Assembly (NCBI GenBank): GCA_963840855.1
Contig: CAWJBB010000034.1
Coordinates: 64,001-128,000, forward strand
Length of the DNA stretch: 64,000 bases
DNA from: an uncultured delta proteobacterium
GTDB taxonomy: Bacteria; Desulfobacterota; Binatia; UBA9968
Reading direction: 5' to 3'
Below, piece by piece: positions 1 through 9,737 of the stretch. Under the pieces are notes generated by a model. It was not told the DNA's origin, did no database searches, and was given only the letters and a program-made list of their open reading frames with translations. The translations under genes were made by a program, and so were the position numbers. Each line of letters opens with the position of its first letter. The first letter of the stretch is position 1.

Positions 1-18
1 CCCAAGTATCTGTCCCAT
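1..18 (-). CDS. 5' end of a gene running off the left edge (MGQILG...), possibly a LigB-type extradiol dioxygenase
   Basis: Minus-strand ATG at 18 preceded by GGAGAG RBS; only six codons visible, so the product is a guess. Confidence 0.3.
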
Positions 19-229
19 GGTTCTCTCCGATCCGTCGCCGAATAATCCTATGAGTAATCAAGCTGGCCTTTTGGTACATGAGCGAAGCTGATTTGTCCAG
101 AACCATTTTCCCGAATGAATCCCCGCCCTCGGCCATGGATTTGCCGCCTCATCCGATGATGTTTCCGCTTGTCGTTAACATGCCTCTCTGCTATCCAGAT
201 AAGCAAACTCTCCGGATGTCCGTGACAGT

Positions 230-2539
230 ATGACCAAAGATACATCTCACACTCCATCTGCGCTGCGTGTCGTCGGCCATTCCGTGACCCGCGTCGACGC
301 GCATGCCAAAGTCACTGGCGCAGCCGAGTTTTCCGCGGACCGGTTATTTTCCAAGCATCTCTTGCATGGGAAAACGCTGCGCAGCCCGTACGCTCACGCC
401 GAGATCGTTCGTATAGAAACGGCAAAAGCCGAGGCGTTGCCGGGCGTGCACGCGGTCATTACTTACCGAGATGTTCCGGAGAACCCCTACGAAGCCGGCG
501 ATGCCACGGCGCCCGACGGACCGGTGGCCCCCGTTTTCCTTCTCAATCGAACGTTGCGGCATGTCGGCGACGAGATGGCGGCGGTGGCGGCTGACACGGA
601 AGAAATCGCCGAAGAAGCATTGCGCTTGATCCAGGTGGAGTATCGGCCACTCCCCTTTGTATTAGATGCCGAGAACGCTCTTGAACCGGCTGCTCCGTCC
701 GTTCGCGGCGGTAGCAATCTCGCGGGCAAAGTGCCGATTGAATTTTCCCGCGGCGATATCGATTCGGGTATGAAGGACGCAGAGATCATCGTCGAGCAAA
801 CTTACCGTACGCAATCGACCAGCCCTCTTGCCCTGGAGCCGCGCTACAGCCTGGCATCCTGGGAAGCGGATCGACTCACGGTTTGGAAGGCCAGCCGGAA
901 TGTTTACGGCGACCGCGAAAAGCTCGCAAAAGTTTTCGGACTGCCGGAGAATCAGGTGCGCGTGATTGCGACGTACATGGGCGGGGGGTTCGGGAGCAAA
1001 GATGAGACCCGTTTGGGGGCGATCACGGCGCTGCTCGCGCGGAAAGCGGGCAAGCCCGTGCGTATGGGCTACACGCGCGAGGAAGAACTGGGTTACGGCA
1101 AATGGCGCCACGCGACCGCGACGCGGATTCGCATGGGGCTCAAACGCGACGGCACCATCACGGCCATCGACGCCACGAGCGCGCTCAACACCGGACCTTA
1201 TGCACCGGGCTACGGTGTCGCTTCTCGGCTCGGCCACGGACTCACTTATCTTTACACCTGTCCCAACGCTCGCTTTGTCGGCAAGGTCGCCTACACCAAC
1301 AGTCCGGTCGCGGGATCTTATCGCGGGCTCGGCGCGCCCCAGGCCCATTTTGCCTTGGAGTCGTTCGCCGACGAGGTTGCTGAGAAACTGCGCATGGACC
1401 CGCTGGAATTTCGCCTGCGCAATTGCGTGAGCCTTCAAGGTCAACCCGGCGCGCGGATGACGCCTCTCGATAGTCTCTTGCCGGCGCAGCCGATTGAGGG
1501 CGGCGTCCCTTTCTCCAGCAATCTCTTAACTGAATGCCTCGAAGCAGGCGCCCAACGAATCGGCTGGAAGCCCCGTCCCGACGGCCCGCGCAAGCGCCTG
1601 GCGAGTGGCAAATATCGCGGTATGGGTTTGGCCGCGTGCATCTACAAGACCGGTCAGTCGCAGTCTTCCGCCTTGGTCAAGATGAAAGAAGACGGCAGTG
1701 TGGAATTGTTGATGAGCATCACCGAGATCGGCCAAGGCGCGTGGACCATTTTACGACAGATCGTCGCCGAGACTCTCGGCGTAGATTTTGGAAAAGTCCA
1801 TGCGACTTTTGCCGACACTATGACGACGCCGTTCGCTCACAGCACGTCCGGCAGCACGACGACTTTTACATCAGGACTGGCGGCGCAACAGGCCGCGAAA
1901 GACGCGCAGCAACGCCTGCTCGAAAGCGCCGCAAAATTTCTCGAAGTCGAGCCGGCGCGTTTGGCATTGCGCGATGGCTTCGTCGCCATCGCCGATACGC
2001 CGGAGATCAAAATACCGGTGAGTCACGTCATCCGGCGCCAGCCGGACCAGGCCATTGTCGGCGAAGCGAAACTGCGCGCCGGCAGCAAGACACATATCAT
2101 CAATTCTTTTGCCGCCCATTTCGCCGAAGTCGAAGTCGACCCGGACACCGGCGCCGTTCGTGTTCTGCGCTACGTCGCGGTGCACGACTCGGGCCGCATC
2201 ATCCACCCCGAAGCCGCGCGCGGCCAGATCATCGGCGGGGTCGTTCAAGGCATCGGCTACGCGCTGATGGAAGATATCCCCATGGATCCCGACACCGGCG
2301 CGCCGCTGACGCTGAATCTCGACTCCTTTAAAATTCCCAATCTCATCGACATTCCGCCCATCGAAGCGGTATTGATCGAACAGCCCGATCCCATCGGCCC
2401 CTTCGGCGCCAAAGCGCTCGGTGAACCGCCCCTTGTCCCCGTCGCCGGGGCCATCGCCAACGCCGTCTACGACGCCACCGGCGTGCGCATCCGCGAGCTG
2501 CCCATCACCGCGGAAAAAGTGCTTCGCGGATTGCGATAG
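230..2539 (+). CDS. Xanthine dehydrogenase family molybdopterin-binding subunit
   Basis: 769 aa; motifs GGGFGSK, SYRGLGAPQ, GQG, QIIGGVVQGIG, GAKALGEPP. Confidence 0.93.
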   Translation: MTKDTSHTPSALRVVGHSVTRVDAHAKVTGAAEFSADRLFSKHLLHGKTLRSPYAHAEIVRIETAKAEALPGVHAVITYRDVPENPYEAGDATAPDGPVAPVFLLNRTLRHVGDEMAAVAADTEEIAEEALRLIQVEYRPLPFVLDAENALEPAAPSVRGGSNLAGKVPIEFSRGDIDSGMKDAEIIVEQTYRTQSTSPLALEPRYSLASWEADRLTVWKASRNVYGDREKLAKVFGLPENQVRVIATYMGGGFGSKDETRLGAITALLARKAGKPVRMGYTREEELGYGKWRHATATRIRMGLKRDGTITAIDATSALNTGPYAPGYGVASRLGHGLTYLYTCPNARFVGKVAYTNSPVAGSYRGLGAPQAHFALESFADEVAEKLRMDPLEFRLRNCVSLQGQPGARMTPLDSLLPAQPIEGGVPFSSNLLTECLEAGAQRIGWKPRPDGPRKRLASGKYRGMGLAACIYKTGQSQSSALVKMKEDGSVELLMSITEIGQGAWTILRQIVAETLGVDFGKVHATFADTMTTPFAHSTSGSTTTFTSGLAAQQAAKDAQQRLLESAAKFLEVEPARLALRDGFVAIADTPEIKIPVSHVIRRQPDQAIVGEAKLRAGSKTHIINSFAAHFAEVEVDPDTGAVRVLRYVAVHDSGRIIHPEAARGQIIGGVVQGIGYALMEDIPMDPDTGAPLTLNLDSFKIPNLIDIPPIEAVLIEQPDPIGPFGAKALGEPPLVPVAGAIANAVYDATGVRIRELPITAEKVLRGLR

Positions 2540-2650
2540 TCGAACCGATGTAGCAAGGGTCACTCTGACCCCTAATGGTAAATTTCCCTGGACTTACGTC
2601 CAGGGCTTCTCTCAGAATGCGACCTTCGTTCGTCCGAAAAGTGCCCTCTC

Positions 2651-2727
2651 CGTCTTTCCCGCGAAAGCGCGAAACCAGTCCTGGATTCCGGCTCGCGCTT
2701 GCTAGCGCAAGCTTGGCCGGAATGACG
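2651..2727. repeat. REP-like palindromic element (GTCTTTCCCGCGAAAGC...CTGGATTCCGG...CCGGAATGAC)
   Basis: Inverted arms; 2681-2727 is nearly the reverse complement of 35539-35585. Confidence 0.75.
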
Positions 2728-2793
2728 CTAGCGTGCACTTTTCGGAACCCGATCCACCACCCGGACTCACGTCCGGGGGTCTGCTAAGGTGTA

Positions 2794-3867
2794 CTATAGG
2801 CCCCAGAGCCTTTTGGCATTGTCATAGAGAATTTTTCGCTTTGTCTCTTCGTCGATGTCGGTTCTCCGGCGCATGATAAGCGTCGCATCCATTTGGCTGG
2901 AGCCATCGTAGTGGCCGTAATCGCTGCCGATGACGAGATTGTCAGGGCCACATCGGTAGGTGTAGGACAGGTCGTCGTTGTTCTGACAGGTAACGAATAT
3001 ATTGAATTCTCTCAAAACATCATCAGGCAAAGGTCTTCCCCGCTGTTCCATCCGGCGCCGGGCTTCGTGCAGCATCCACGGCAACCACATCGAGCCCGCT
3101 TCAATAAACGCCCAGCGAAGGCGCGGAAATTTTAGCGGCAGTTGGCTTTCGATCAGGCCCTCGCATGCTCCGGCAGTGAAGAGCCGAAAACGCATTAAAC
3201 CAAAAGAATCTCTGTCATACGGCGGTTGGGTTAGTTCGACCAGCGCGGCGTTGCCGTTGCCGATATGGATCGCGATGGCCATGTCTAAACGCTGCGCCTC
3301 CTCGTAGATCGGGTGAAAATAAGGATCGATGGGAAGCCTGTCGCCGATGATGGGAGACATCGAAACGCCAACGGCGCCGTTATCCTTGGCCCACTCGAGC
3401 AGCGCGAGGGATTCATCCATGCTCATGAGGGGCAACATCGTGCACCACCGCAAACGCCCCTTTCCCTGCCGCCACATCTCAGCCACCCACCGGTTCCAGC
3501 TTCTGCATAAGGCGATCTCCACCTCAGCGCGGTCGGTGGGCGGCACCGTCCACAAAGTATGGAACATGACCTGAACGTCGATGCCCAAGCGATCCATGTG
3601 ACGCAGGCGGCGCTCGACATCGTCGCCCTCCCGCGCGCCAATGGGCGTAACAACATCTCGGCCAAGCTGCCTTGACCGCTCCGCCATTTCATCTTCGGTC
3701 AGCGTGGGAAACCTGAACCCGCGGGCCTGGCCATTGATGATCCACCATTGAGTGCGGGGATCCGTCGGATGGGGCGCCAATACCGGGCGGTACTTCTCGT
3801 CCTCCGGATCCATGAACTGCCATGTCCGCTCGGTCTCCACAACGTGCGAATCAGAATCTATGATCAT
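2794..3867 (-). CDS. Amidohydrolase_2 family protein (LigW/ACMSD-like decarboxylase or hydratase)
   Basis: IIDSDSHVVE N-terminus, IAIHIG, IEAG, GSDYGH, DNAKRLWGL C-terminus. Confidence 0.88.
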   Translation of the reverse strand: MIIDSDSHVVETERTWQFMDPEDEKYRPVLAPHPTDPRTQWWIINGQARGFRFPTLTEDEMAERSRQLGRDVVTPIGAREGDDVERRLRHMDRLGIDVQVMFHTLWTVPPTDRAEVEIALCRSWNRWVAEMWRQGKGRLRWCTMLPLMSMDESLALLEWAKDNGAVGVSMSPIIGDRLPIDPYFHPIYEEAQRLDMAIAIHIGNGNAALVELTQPPYDRDSFGLMRFRLFTAGACEGLIESQLPLKFPRLRWAFIEAGSMWLPWMLHEARRRMEQRGRPLPDDVLREFNIFVTCQNNDDLSYTYRCGPDNLVIGSDYGHYDGSSQMDATLIMRRRTDIDEETKRKILYDNAKRLWGL

Positions 3868-4033
3868 GTACTTTTCATTTGCGGCAAACTCTTGCCCTAG
3901 AAGCGGTAGGCATATGCGCGTCCTTTTTTCTCGTGCCGCGACCGGCGGCCCGTGTTGTAAGAGTCACGCGTTGTACATCGTTGCGGGTCAGTAATGTAGC
4001 TTTATGATTATGAGCTTTTCTCTGTTATCTACT

Positions 4034-5749
4034 CTACGCCGAACAAATAACATTGATCACCGCCTGGCGTTTCTCGACGGTCACCGCCTTAAGACCGCGC
4101 TCCAGGGCCGCCGTGACGTCATTGGGATCGGTAACTTTTTCGCCGTAGCCGTCGGCGACTTCGACGGCTTTTTGATAATTGGTGATGCTGTCGAGAAACG
4201 TGATCGGCTGTTTGGGACTCTTCGCCGCGTAGCCGTTGGGATTCACATCGACGGTGGCCCGGCGCACGGCCTGCCAGCGCTGGTTGTTGAAGATTACCGT
4301 CAACACCGGCAACTCCTGTTCGGCGCCGACGTAATGCGCCGAAATCGGGTTGCCGAACATATACGAGCCGTCGCCGTGCGTGCCGATGACCAACCGGTCG
4401 CGGGCGGCGAGCTTCGCGCCCAAGGCGCAGCCCAAACCGTGGCCTAGTCCCGAAGCCGCGCCGGCATTGAGCATAGTCGCAGGCTTGGAGAATTCGATCT
4501 GCTCGGACACCAGCGGTGATTCTTTGATCACGATGGTGTCATCGCCTCTTGATCTCGTTGATGCAGTGAGTGAGCCACGCCGGATGAATCGTCGACTGGC
4601 TCTTGGCTGACTCCAGTTTCTTGCGCCAGTTCTCGCGCAGGCTTTCCAACTTTCGGCCAGCGATGCGCGGCGCTTGTCGATGCGTAACTTTGCCTTCGCT
4701 TCATGCTCGGCCATGCTGTCGTTCAACACGCGCAATCCCTCGGCGGTAGCGCAGGCGAGAGCGATATCGCAAGGATGGCCGCGCACTGGAACATAACCAT
4801 GCAACGGATCAGGACCCATGTGAATAACCTTGGCGTCGTCGCGCACCTTGTCGCTCGCCGGCAGCCATGGCACCGCAACATCGACCGCGAGAATCACGTC
4901 GGCCTTTTCCAGCAGTGGTTTCAGCTCATAGCCGAGATTCATCGGGTGGTTGCTCGGCAGCGACATATATCGGTTTCGGTATTGAACTACCGGTATCGCG
5001 TAGCGTTCCGCAAACTCACCCAGAGCGGTCCATGAAGCCGGATCGCGGCCGGCGGAGTTGGTTATGATCAGCGGATTCTCAGCAGCCGCCAGCAACGCCG
5101 CGACTTCCTCGACGGCGTCGCCGTTGGGAAACGCCGGAGCAGCGGGATGCTGACGGGATGGGGTAGAGTAAGTGAATTCGTTCATCGGATGCGCCAGCAC
5201 TTCGCGCGGCAGCGCTAGATAGACCGGCCCCATTGGCTCGCTCATGGCGATGCTAAGCGCCCGGTCGACGACGGTTTCGAGTTGCTGGCCGTTGCGCAGC
5301 TCGTAGTCCCACTTGACCGACTCGCGCAGCATTCCCGCCTGATCGAACATCTCCTGCGTCCAGTGAATGTCGAGGCTTCGATGACCCGCTAGACCATCTT
5401 CGTTGGTCGGCGTGCGCCCCGCCGTGAACAGCACCGGCACATGGCCCCGCGCCGCGTTGAGAAGGCCGTTCATCCCGTTGGCGGTACCGACGTTGACGTG
5501 CACCATGACCGCCTGCGGCTTTCCCGTCACAAGAAAATAGCCGATGGCCATATGCATGGCCGTATTTTCATGCGGGCAGGTTATCGCCGTCGGAACTTTC
5601 GTTTCCAGTACCGCGGCTTTCGCCAAAGTCTCGACGACAGGGGCGAAATCGGTGCCCGCGTTGGCAAACCAGTAGTCCACGCCCCGGTCGGCAAGCAACG
5701 TCATGTAGGCGTCCGAGACTGTAACGTTGTTGAGCGTTATCTTCGACAT
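4034..5749 (-). CDS. Thiamine-pyrophosphate-dependent enzyme (acetolactate synthase-like superfamily)
   Basis: NAGTDF, PHENTA catalytic Glu, GDGSY...NN TPP motif; two compensating frameshifts near 4645 and 4547. Confidence 0.9.
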   Translation of the reverse strand: MSKITLNNVTVSDAYMTLLADRGVDYWFANAGTDFAPVVETLAKAAVLETKVPTAITCPHENTAMHMAIGYFLVTGKPQAVMVHVNVGTANGMNGLLNAARGHVPVLFTAGRTPTNEDGLAGHRSLDIHWTQEMFDQAGMLRESVKWDYELRNGQQLETVVDRALSIAMSEPMGPVYLALPREVLAHPMNEFTYSTPSRQHPAAPAFPNGDAVEEVAALLAAAENPLIITNSAGRDPASWTALGEFAERYAIPVVQYRNRYMSLPSNHPMNLGYELKPLLEKADVILAVDVAVPWLPASDKVRDDAKVIHMGPDPLHGYVPVRGHPCDIALACATAEGLRVLNDSMAEHEAKAKLRIDKRRASLAESWKACARTGARNWSQPRASRRFIRRGSLTASTRSRGDDTIVIKESPLVSEQIEFSKPATMLNAGAASGLGHGLGCALGAKLAARDRLVIGTHGDGSYMFGNPISAHYVGAEQELPVLTVIFNNQRWQAVRRATVDVNPNGYAAKSPKQPITFLDSITNYQKAVEVADGYGEKVTDPNDVTAALERGLKAVTVEKRQAVINVICSA

Positions 5750-5832
5750 ATCAGCGACCTTTCCTAATGCTAAAAGCGCAGCTTTGGTATGTTTGCAGAA
5801 GCGCGGTTGTTTCGTGGAGTGAGGGCGTTGAA

Positions 5833-5897
5833 GTGATGGAGTATTGGAGTGTTGGGATTACCATCACTCCATTACTCCACCATTCCATTATTCCAGA
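5833..5897. repeat. Short-period palindromic repeat (GGAGTATT/GGAGTGTT...CACTCCATTACTCC)
   Basis: About 8-nt periodic arms in inverted orientation; same family at 37106-37177. Confidence 0.75.
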
Positions 5898-5901
5898 TTT
5901 G

Positions 5902-8083
5902 TTATTTCGCCAGAGGATCGGGGCGTAGCTGAAATTGCACGACGAGCGGCTTAGAGCCCTTGCCCCGCTCCATCAACCACGACGCGCGGTCGCCGCTCGA
6001 ACTCCATAATCCGCGGCCTTTCCAGCCGGCTTTCGGATCGTCGATCCGTCCATCGAAACCTTTGGCGTAGAATCCGAGCGGATAGGGCACGGTCAACAGG
6101 ATCATCTTGCCTTCTTTGAACGCGACCAGGCCACCGTGCAAGTTGGCGGTGGACATCGGCACATCCTCGCCGAGCCCAAACGTGTTGTGCTGGTCGACCC
6201 AGGAATAGTAGCTCGACTCCGCGCTGTTTTCGCCGATGCCCTTAAAGCCGGGACCGGGATATTGATGAAACGACCAACCTTCGGGGCAGTGATCGCCGGT
6301 CGCCTTTGGCCCGTTTAGCGGCCCCTTGCACTTACGCCTATCGAAACTGCCCAGGTGACCACTGCCGAGCGATACCCATACAATGCCCTTCTTGTCGATG
6401 TCGGCGCCACGGATGCCAAAACCAGGCTTCGGCACGTTGTAGATCTCGGCGAGCGCCGTCTCCGACGGATTGGCTCCCGGAACGATCCGCACGATAGACC
6501 CTGGATACCGTCGCACCGAGCCCCAGATCGAGCCGTCCACCGGGTTCGGCATCACGGCATAGAAGCCCGCGACGATTCGCTTGTCCTTGGCCGGGTCGAG
6601 CGGTTGATCCGGCTCGACGTACTCGTCGCGTTTGCCGTTGCCGTTGGTGTCGAGAATTAGGGGCGTCCAGCCCTGCGATTTCGCCACATCCCCCGTCTCG
6701 TCTAACATTTTAGTGTTGATCCAGCCGACCACCGGAGCGGTCGCCCCGCCCGCGCTCGTCCACAACGTATCGTTGGCATCGTAGCCGAACTGCAAATGAT
6801 GCGTTTGAAAGCAGGTGTCAACGAACGTGTACTGCTGTGTCTTGGGATCGAGCATCGTGAGAGAGCGGTTTGTCCGCTCTAATGGAAAGACCTTGGCCGA
6901 GGGGTGGTCAGAGCCTTTCTTGCAGAAGGCCGGGTTGTCGGCTCCGCGAAACCTCGCGGCGAACCAGACCCGTCCTTTCTTGTCAAACATACCGTTGTGG
7001 TTATTGGCTTTGGTATCCCAGATCTTCTCCGCGCCCCAGTACGGTGACGCTTGCATGATCTTGTCGCTCGCCGCATGGCCCGGCCCGAGCGCTTCCGGGA
7101 TGTTTGCATCTCGCACCGGTGCCTTTAGGTTCGTGGCGGTGTGGTTTTTCGGATCGAGCACCGGGATGAGATCGACGCTGTACTCAGTCGAACCGTAAAG
7201 CGGGCCATTGGCGTTGACGTTCGGGTAGCGCCGATCCGAGGCGATCAGGTCGTGAGTGTAGTGCTTGTCGTTGAGCCAGTCCCAGGTGGTAACGACGATA
7301 TTGCGCTCGACACCTTGCGGCCGTGCCGGCTTCGTATGGGGCAGCTCGCCCTTGGCGATGCGGTCCGTCCAGTCCGCGAAGTAGCTTGATGGGGGCGGCG
7401 CCGAGCTCTTTGACGAGCTGGTTGAACATTTGCTCGCCGGATTGCCCAGACTGGATGCGGCGCAACCACGCTTCCTCGGAATTGGCGAACTTACCGAGGG
7501 GGTGCGGTACTTCGCGCGGGAACGTGCGCGTCGAGAGCGTGCCCATCTGATGGCAGCCGACGCAACCGTTGTTCTTCATTGCGTTGAGCCATGCGCTCTG
7601 GGTTATCTTGTCCGGAATCGCGCCCTTGCCGCCGAACTCGCTCGCGTCCGGAATCTTGAGCATGGAATACCAATAAATCGCCGGATAGTATTCCGCCGCC
7701 GCGGCCTCGTTGGGCGCCACCACCGCCTTGAGGTTCACGATCTTGCCTGGGGTCGCTTTAATCTTGGGAGAATCAACGAGGCCATATCCGCGCACCCAAA
7801 TGCTGTAGTTGGCTTTGGGCAGATCAGGCAGCACGTAGCGGCCTTGATCGTCGGTGACCACCATTTTGGCGAACCTGGTGGGAAGGTCGGTGGCTTCCGC
7901 GATTACCCAGACGCCGGCTTCGGGCCCCTTCGTGCTGGTGACCACGCCGCCGATGTCATCGGCGTCGATGCGGACTTGGGCGCCGCTGCTTTGTTGGCCG
8001 CTAATCGTGACAGGCGAAGCGGCGATGAAAGCTATCAAGCCAAGCGCAAACATGCCAATCTGCAAGAGCCTTTTGGTTTGCAT
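5902..8083 (-). CDS. Exported protein with carboxypeptidase-regulatory-like domain, one CxxCH heme motif and a probable C-terminal beta-propeller (one frameshift near 7385)
   Basis: Signal peptide; GVVTSTKGPEAGVWVIAE...TDDQGRYVLPDLP; CVGCH; frame after 7385 (YFADWTDRIAKGELP...YSVDLIPVLDPK) joins ORF 5902..7161. Confidence 0.8.
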
Positions 8084-8225
8084 AATGCTCTCCTATCAAT
8101 GCCGCCCGGCGCTAAACCGTTCCAGGCGGAGTTTGTTGATGAATACGCCCTCAACTAATCCACCATAGGATCATCGACGTGGAGAGTAGCGAAACATAAC
8201 GCATGGTGTCAACTGCACGCGTTCT

Positions 8226-8316
8226 GTTCAAAGGTTCAACGTCCCCACGTCCCAACCTTGAACCTTGAACGCGAAACCTTGAACCGCGCCGAAGCGCCAT
8301 CTTGAACTTTGAACCA
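8226..8316. repeat. Heptamer palindromic repeat (GTTCAAG / CTTGAAC units)
   Basis: gttcaaaggttcaacg...aaccttgaaccttgaacgcgaaaccttgaacc; same family at 44760-44812. Confidence 0.75.
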
Positions 8317-8350
8317 ACCAGCCGATGGATCGCCCTTCGATTTTTCACTG

Positions 8351-9682
8351 CTATGTGGATGTCAAGTCTCCAAGCACATCTTTAATAATCTCGGCGATGC
8401 GCTTGACGTGATCAAAGCCGACCGTGGGCTCGCAAGGAAGTTCGATCAGGTCGGCCCAAATCCTTTCGGCGTTAGAAAGCCGGTCCCATACGCATTGTTC
8501 ATAGCCGGGCAAAAGGTGGATCGGTACATAGCTTCCCTGGACTTCATACCCCTCGTTGCCAAGGGCCTCGATCACTCGGGTAGCAAGGTCATCGCCGCGC
8601 CGCGCCGACATGAGGCGAATGACCTGCGTCAGACACGCCGATTGATTTCGCTGCGGTATGAGTTGCAAGCGTTCATCGCCGCCGAGTAATTCATTATAGG
8701 CCCGAACACGAGCGCGGCGAGCCGTAATGTTCTCGTGCAAAGTTTGCATGAGTGAAAATGCCACGGTGGCGTTGAGGTTGGCCATCGTCTCTTTTCGATA
8801 TGGACTCGGCGGTATATCGGGACCATCCTGCGGCGAGCGAGAAATCGCGCGCTGGAACGGTCGCGACAAGCGCCGCCAGCGGTGCCAAATCAGAGTCGAC
8901 AAAAACATTCTGACCGCCGTTGCGCCCGATGGCGCCGACAAACCGGCGTCGGCAATGCGCGCGGCAAGATCATGATTCGTGACAACGACGGCACCTCCGC
9001 CTAGACCGGAGCAAATTTTCTCTTTGCCAAAACTAATGATTCCCACATCGCCGAAACTGCCAACGGGCCGTCCGTCGATAGCCGCCCCCAGCGCCTGCGC
9101 GGCGTCGTCGATGACGTGAATATTCCTACCCTTCACGAGATCTGTAATCGAGCCGATGTCAGCGGGGTTGCCAAACAGATGCGGCACGATGATCGCTCTG
9201 GTTTTTTTGCTAAGGGCTGGTTCAACGGTTGCCGCGGTAATGTTGAGTTCCGCCCCCACATCGGCGAGTACCGGGACTGCGCCGGCGGCGAGTATCGGCG
9301 CAACCACAGCGGTGCAACAAAAAGTGGGAATAACCACTTCGTCGTGCCGTCCAACGCCGCATGCGCCCAAAGCAAGGTCGAGAGCCAAACTGCCGGAGCC
9401 GCAGAGAAACACATCCGCCACGCCCAGCATTTCAATCACCGATGACTTGAGTTTGCCGAGCTCAGGTCCGGCGATGACGTTGCCCGCTACAAAGGATTGG
9501 ACAATGCTTCGATAAGTTGCGCCATTCCAATAGGGGACGGCGAGAGGAACGAGGGGAAAGAGAGAAGGCGGAAGGATAAAGGATAAAGGATGAAAACGGA
9601 AAGATGAAAAGAGAGACAGCGGTCTCCCAAGCGATCTTCCAATATTTTCATCCTTCATCGTTTCGCATTCATCCTTTCTCAT
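8351..9682 (-). CDS. DegT/DnrJ/EryC1/StrS family PLP-dependent aminotransferase (start uncertain, N-terminus is repeat-derived)
   Basis: SGSLAL, VPHLFGNPAD, DDAAQALG, SFGKEK PLP-lysine region, IELPCEP. Confidence 0.85.
   Translation of the reverse strand: MRKDECETMKDENIGRSLGRPLSLFSSFRFHPLSFILPPSLFPLVPLAVPYWNGATYRSIVQSFVAGNVIAGPELGKLKSSVIEMLGVADVFLCGSGSLALDLALGACGVGRHDEVVIPTFCCTAVVAPILAAGAVPVLADVGAELNITAATVEPALSKKTRAIIVPHLFGNPADIGSITDLVKGRNIHVIDDAAQALGAAIDGRPVGSFGDVGIISFGKEKICSGLGGGAVVVTNHDLAARIADAGLSAPSGATAVRMFLSTLIWHRWRRLSRPFQRAISRSPQDGPDIPPSPYRKETMANLNATVAFSLMQTLHENITARRARVRAYNELLGGDERLQLIPQRNQSACLTQVIRLMSARRGDDLATRVIEALGNEGYEVQGSYVPIHLLPGYEQCVWDRLSNAERIWADLIELPCEPTVGFDHVKRIAEIIKDVLGDLTST
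9565..9678. repeat. Heptamer palindromic repeat (AAGGATG/AAGGATA...TTCATCC) overlapping the aminotransferase 5' end
   Basis: ggaaggataaaggataaaggatgaa...ttcatccttcatc...ttcatcctt; same family at 11400-11484 and about 43432-43495. Confidence 0.75.
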
Positions 9683-9737
9683 TTGTTAGTCTCAAAATTA
9701 TATGGCAGGCTTGGCCATCACGAGCAAGGAGGCGGTC

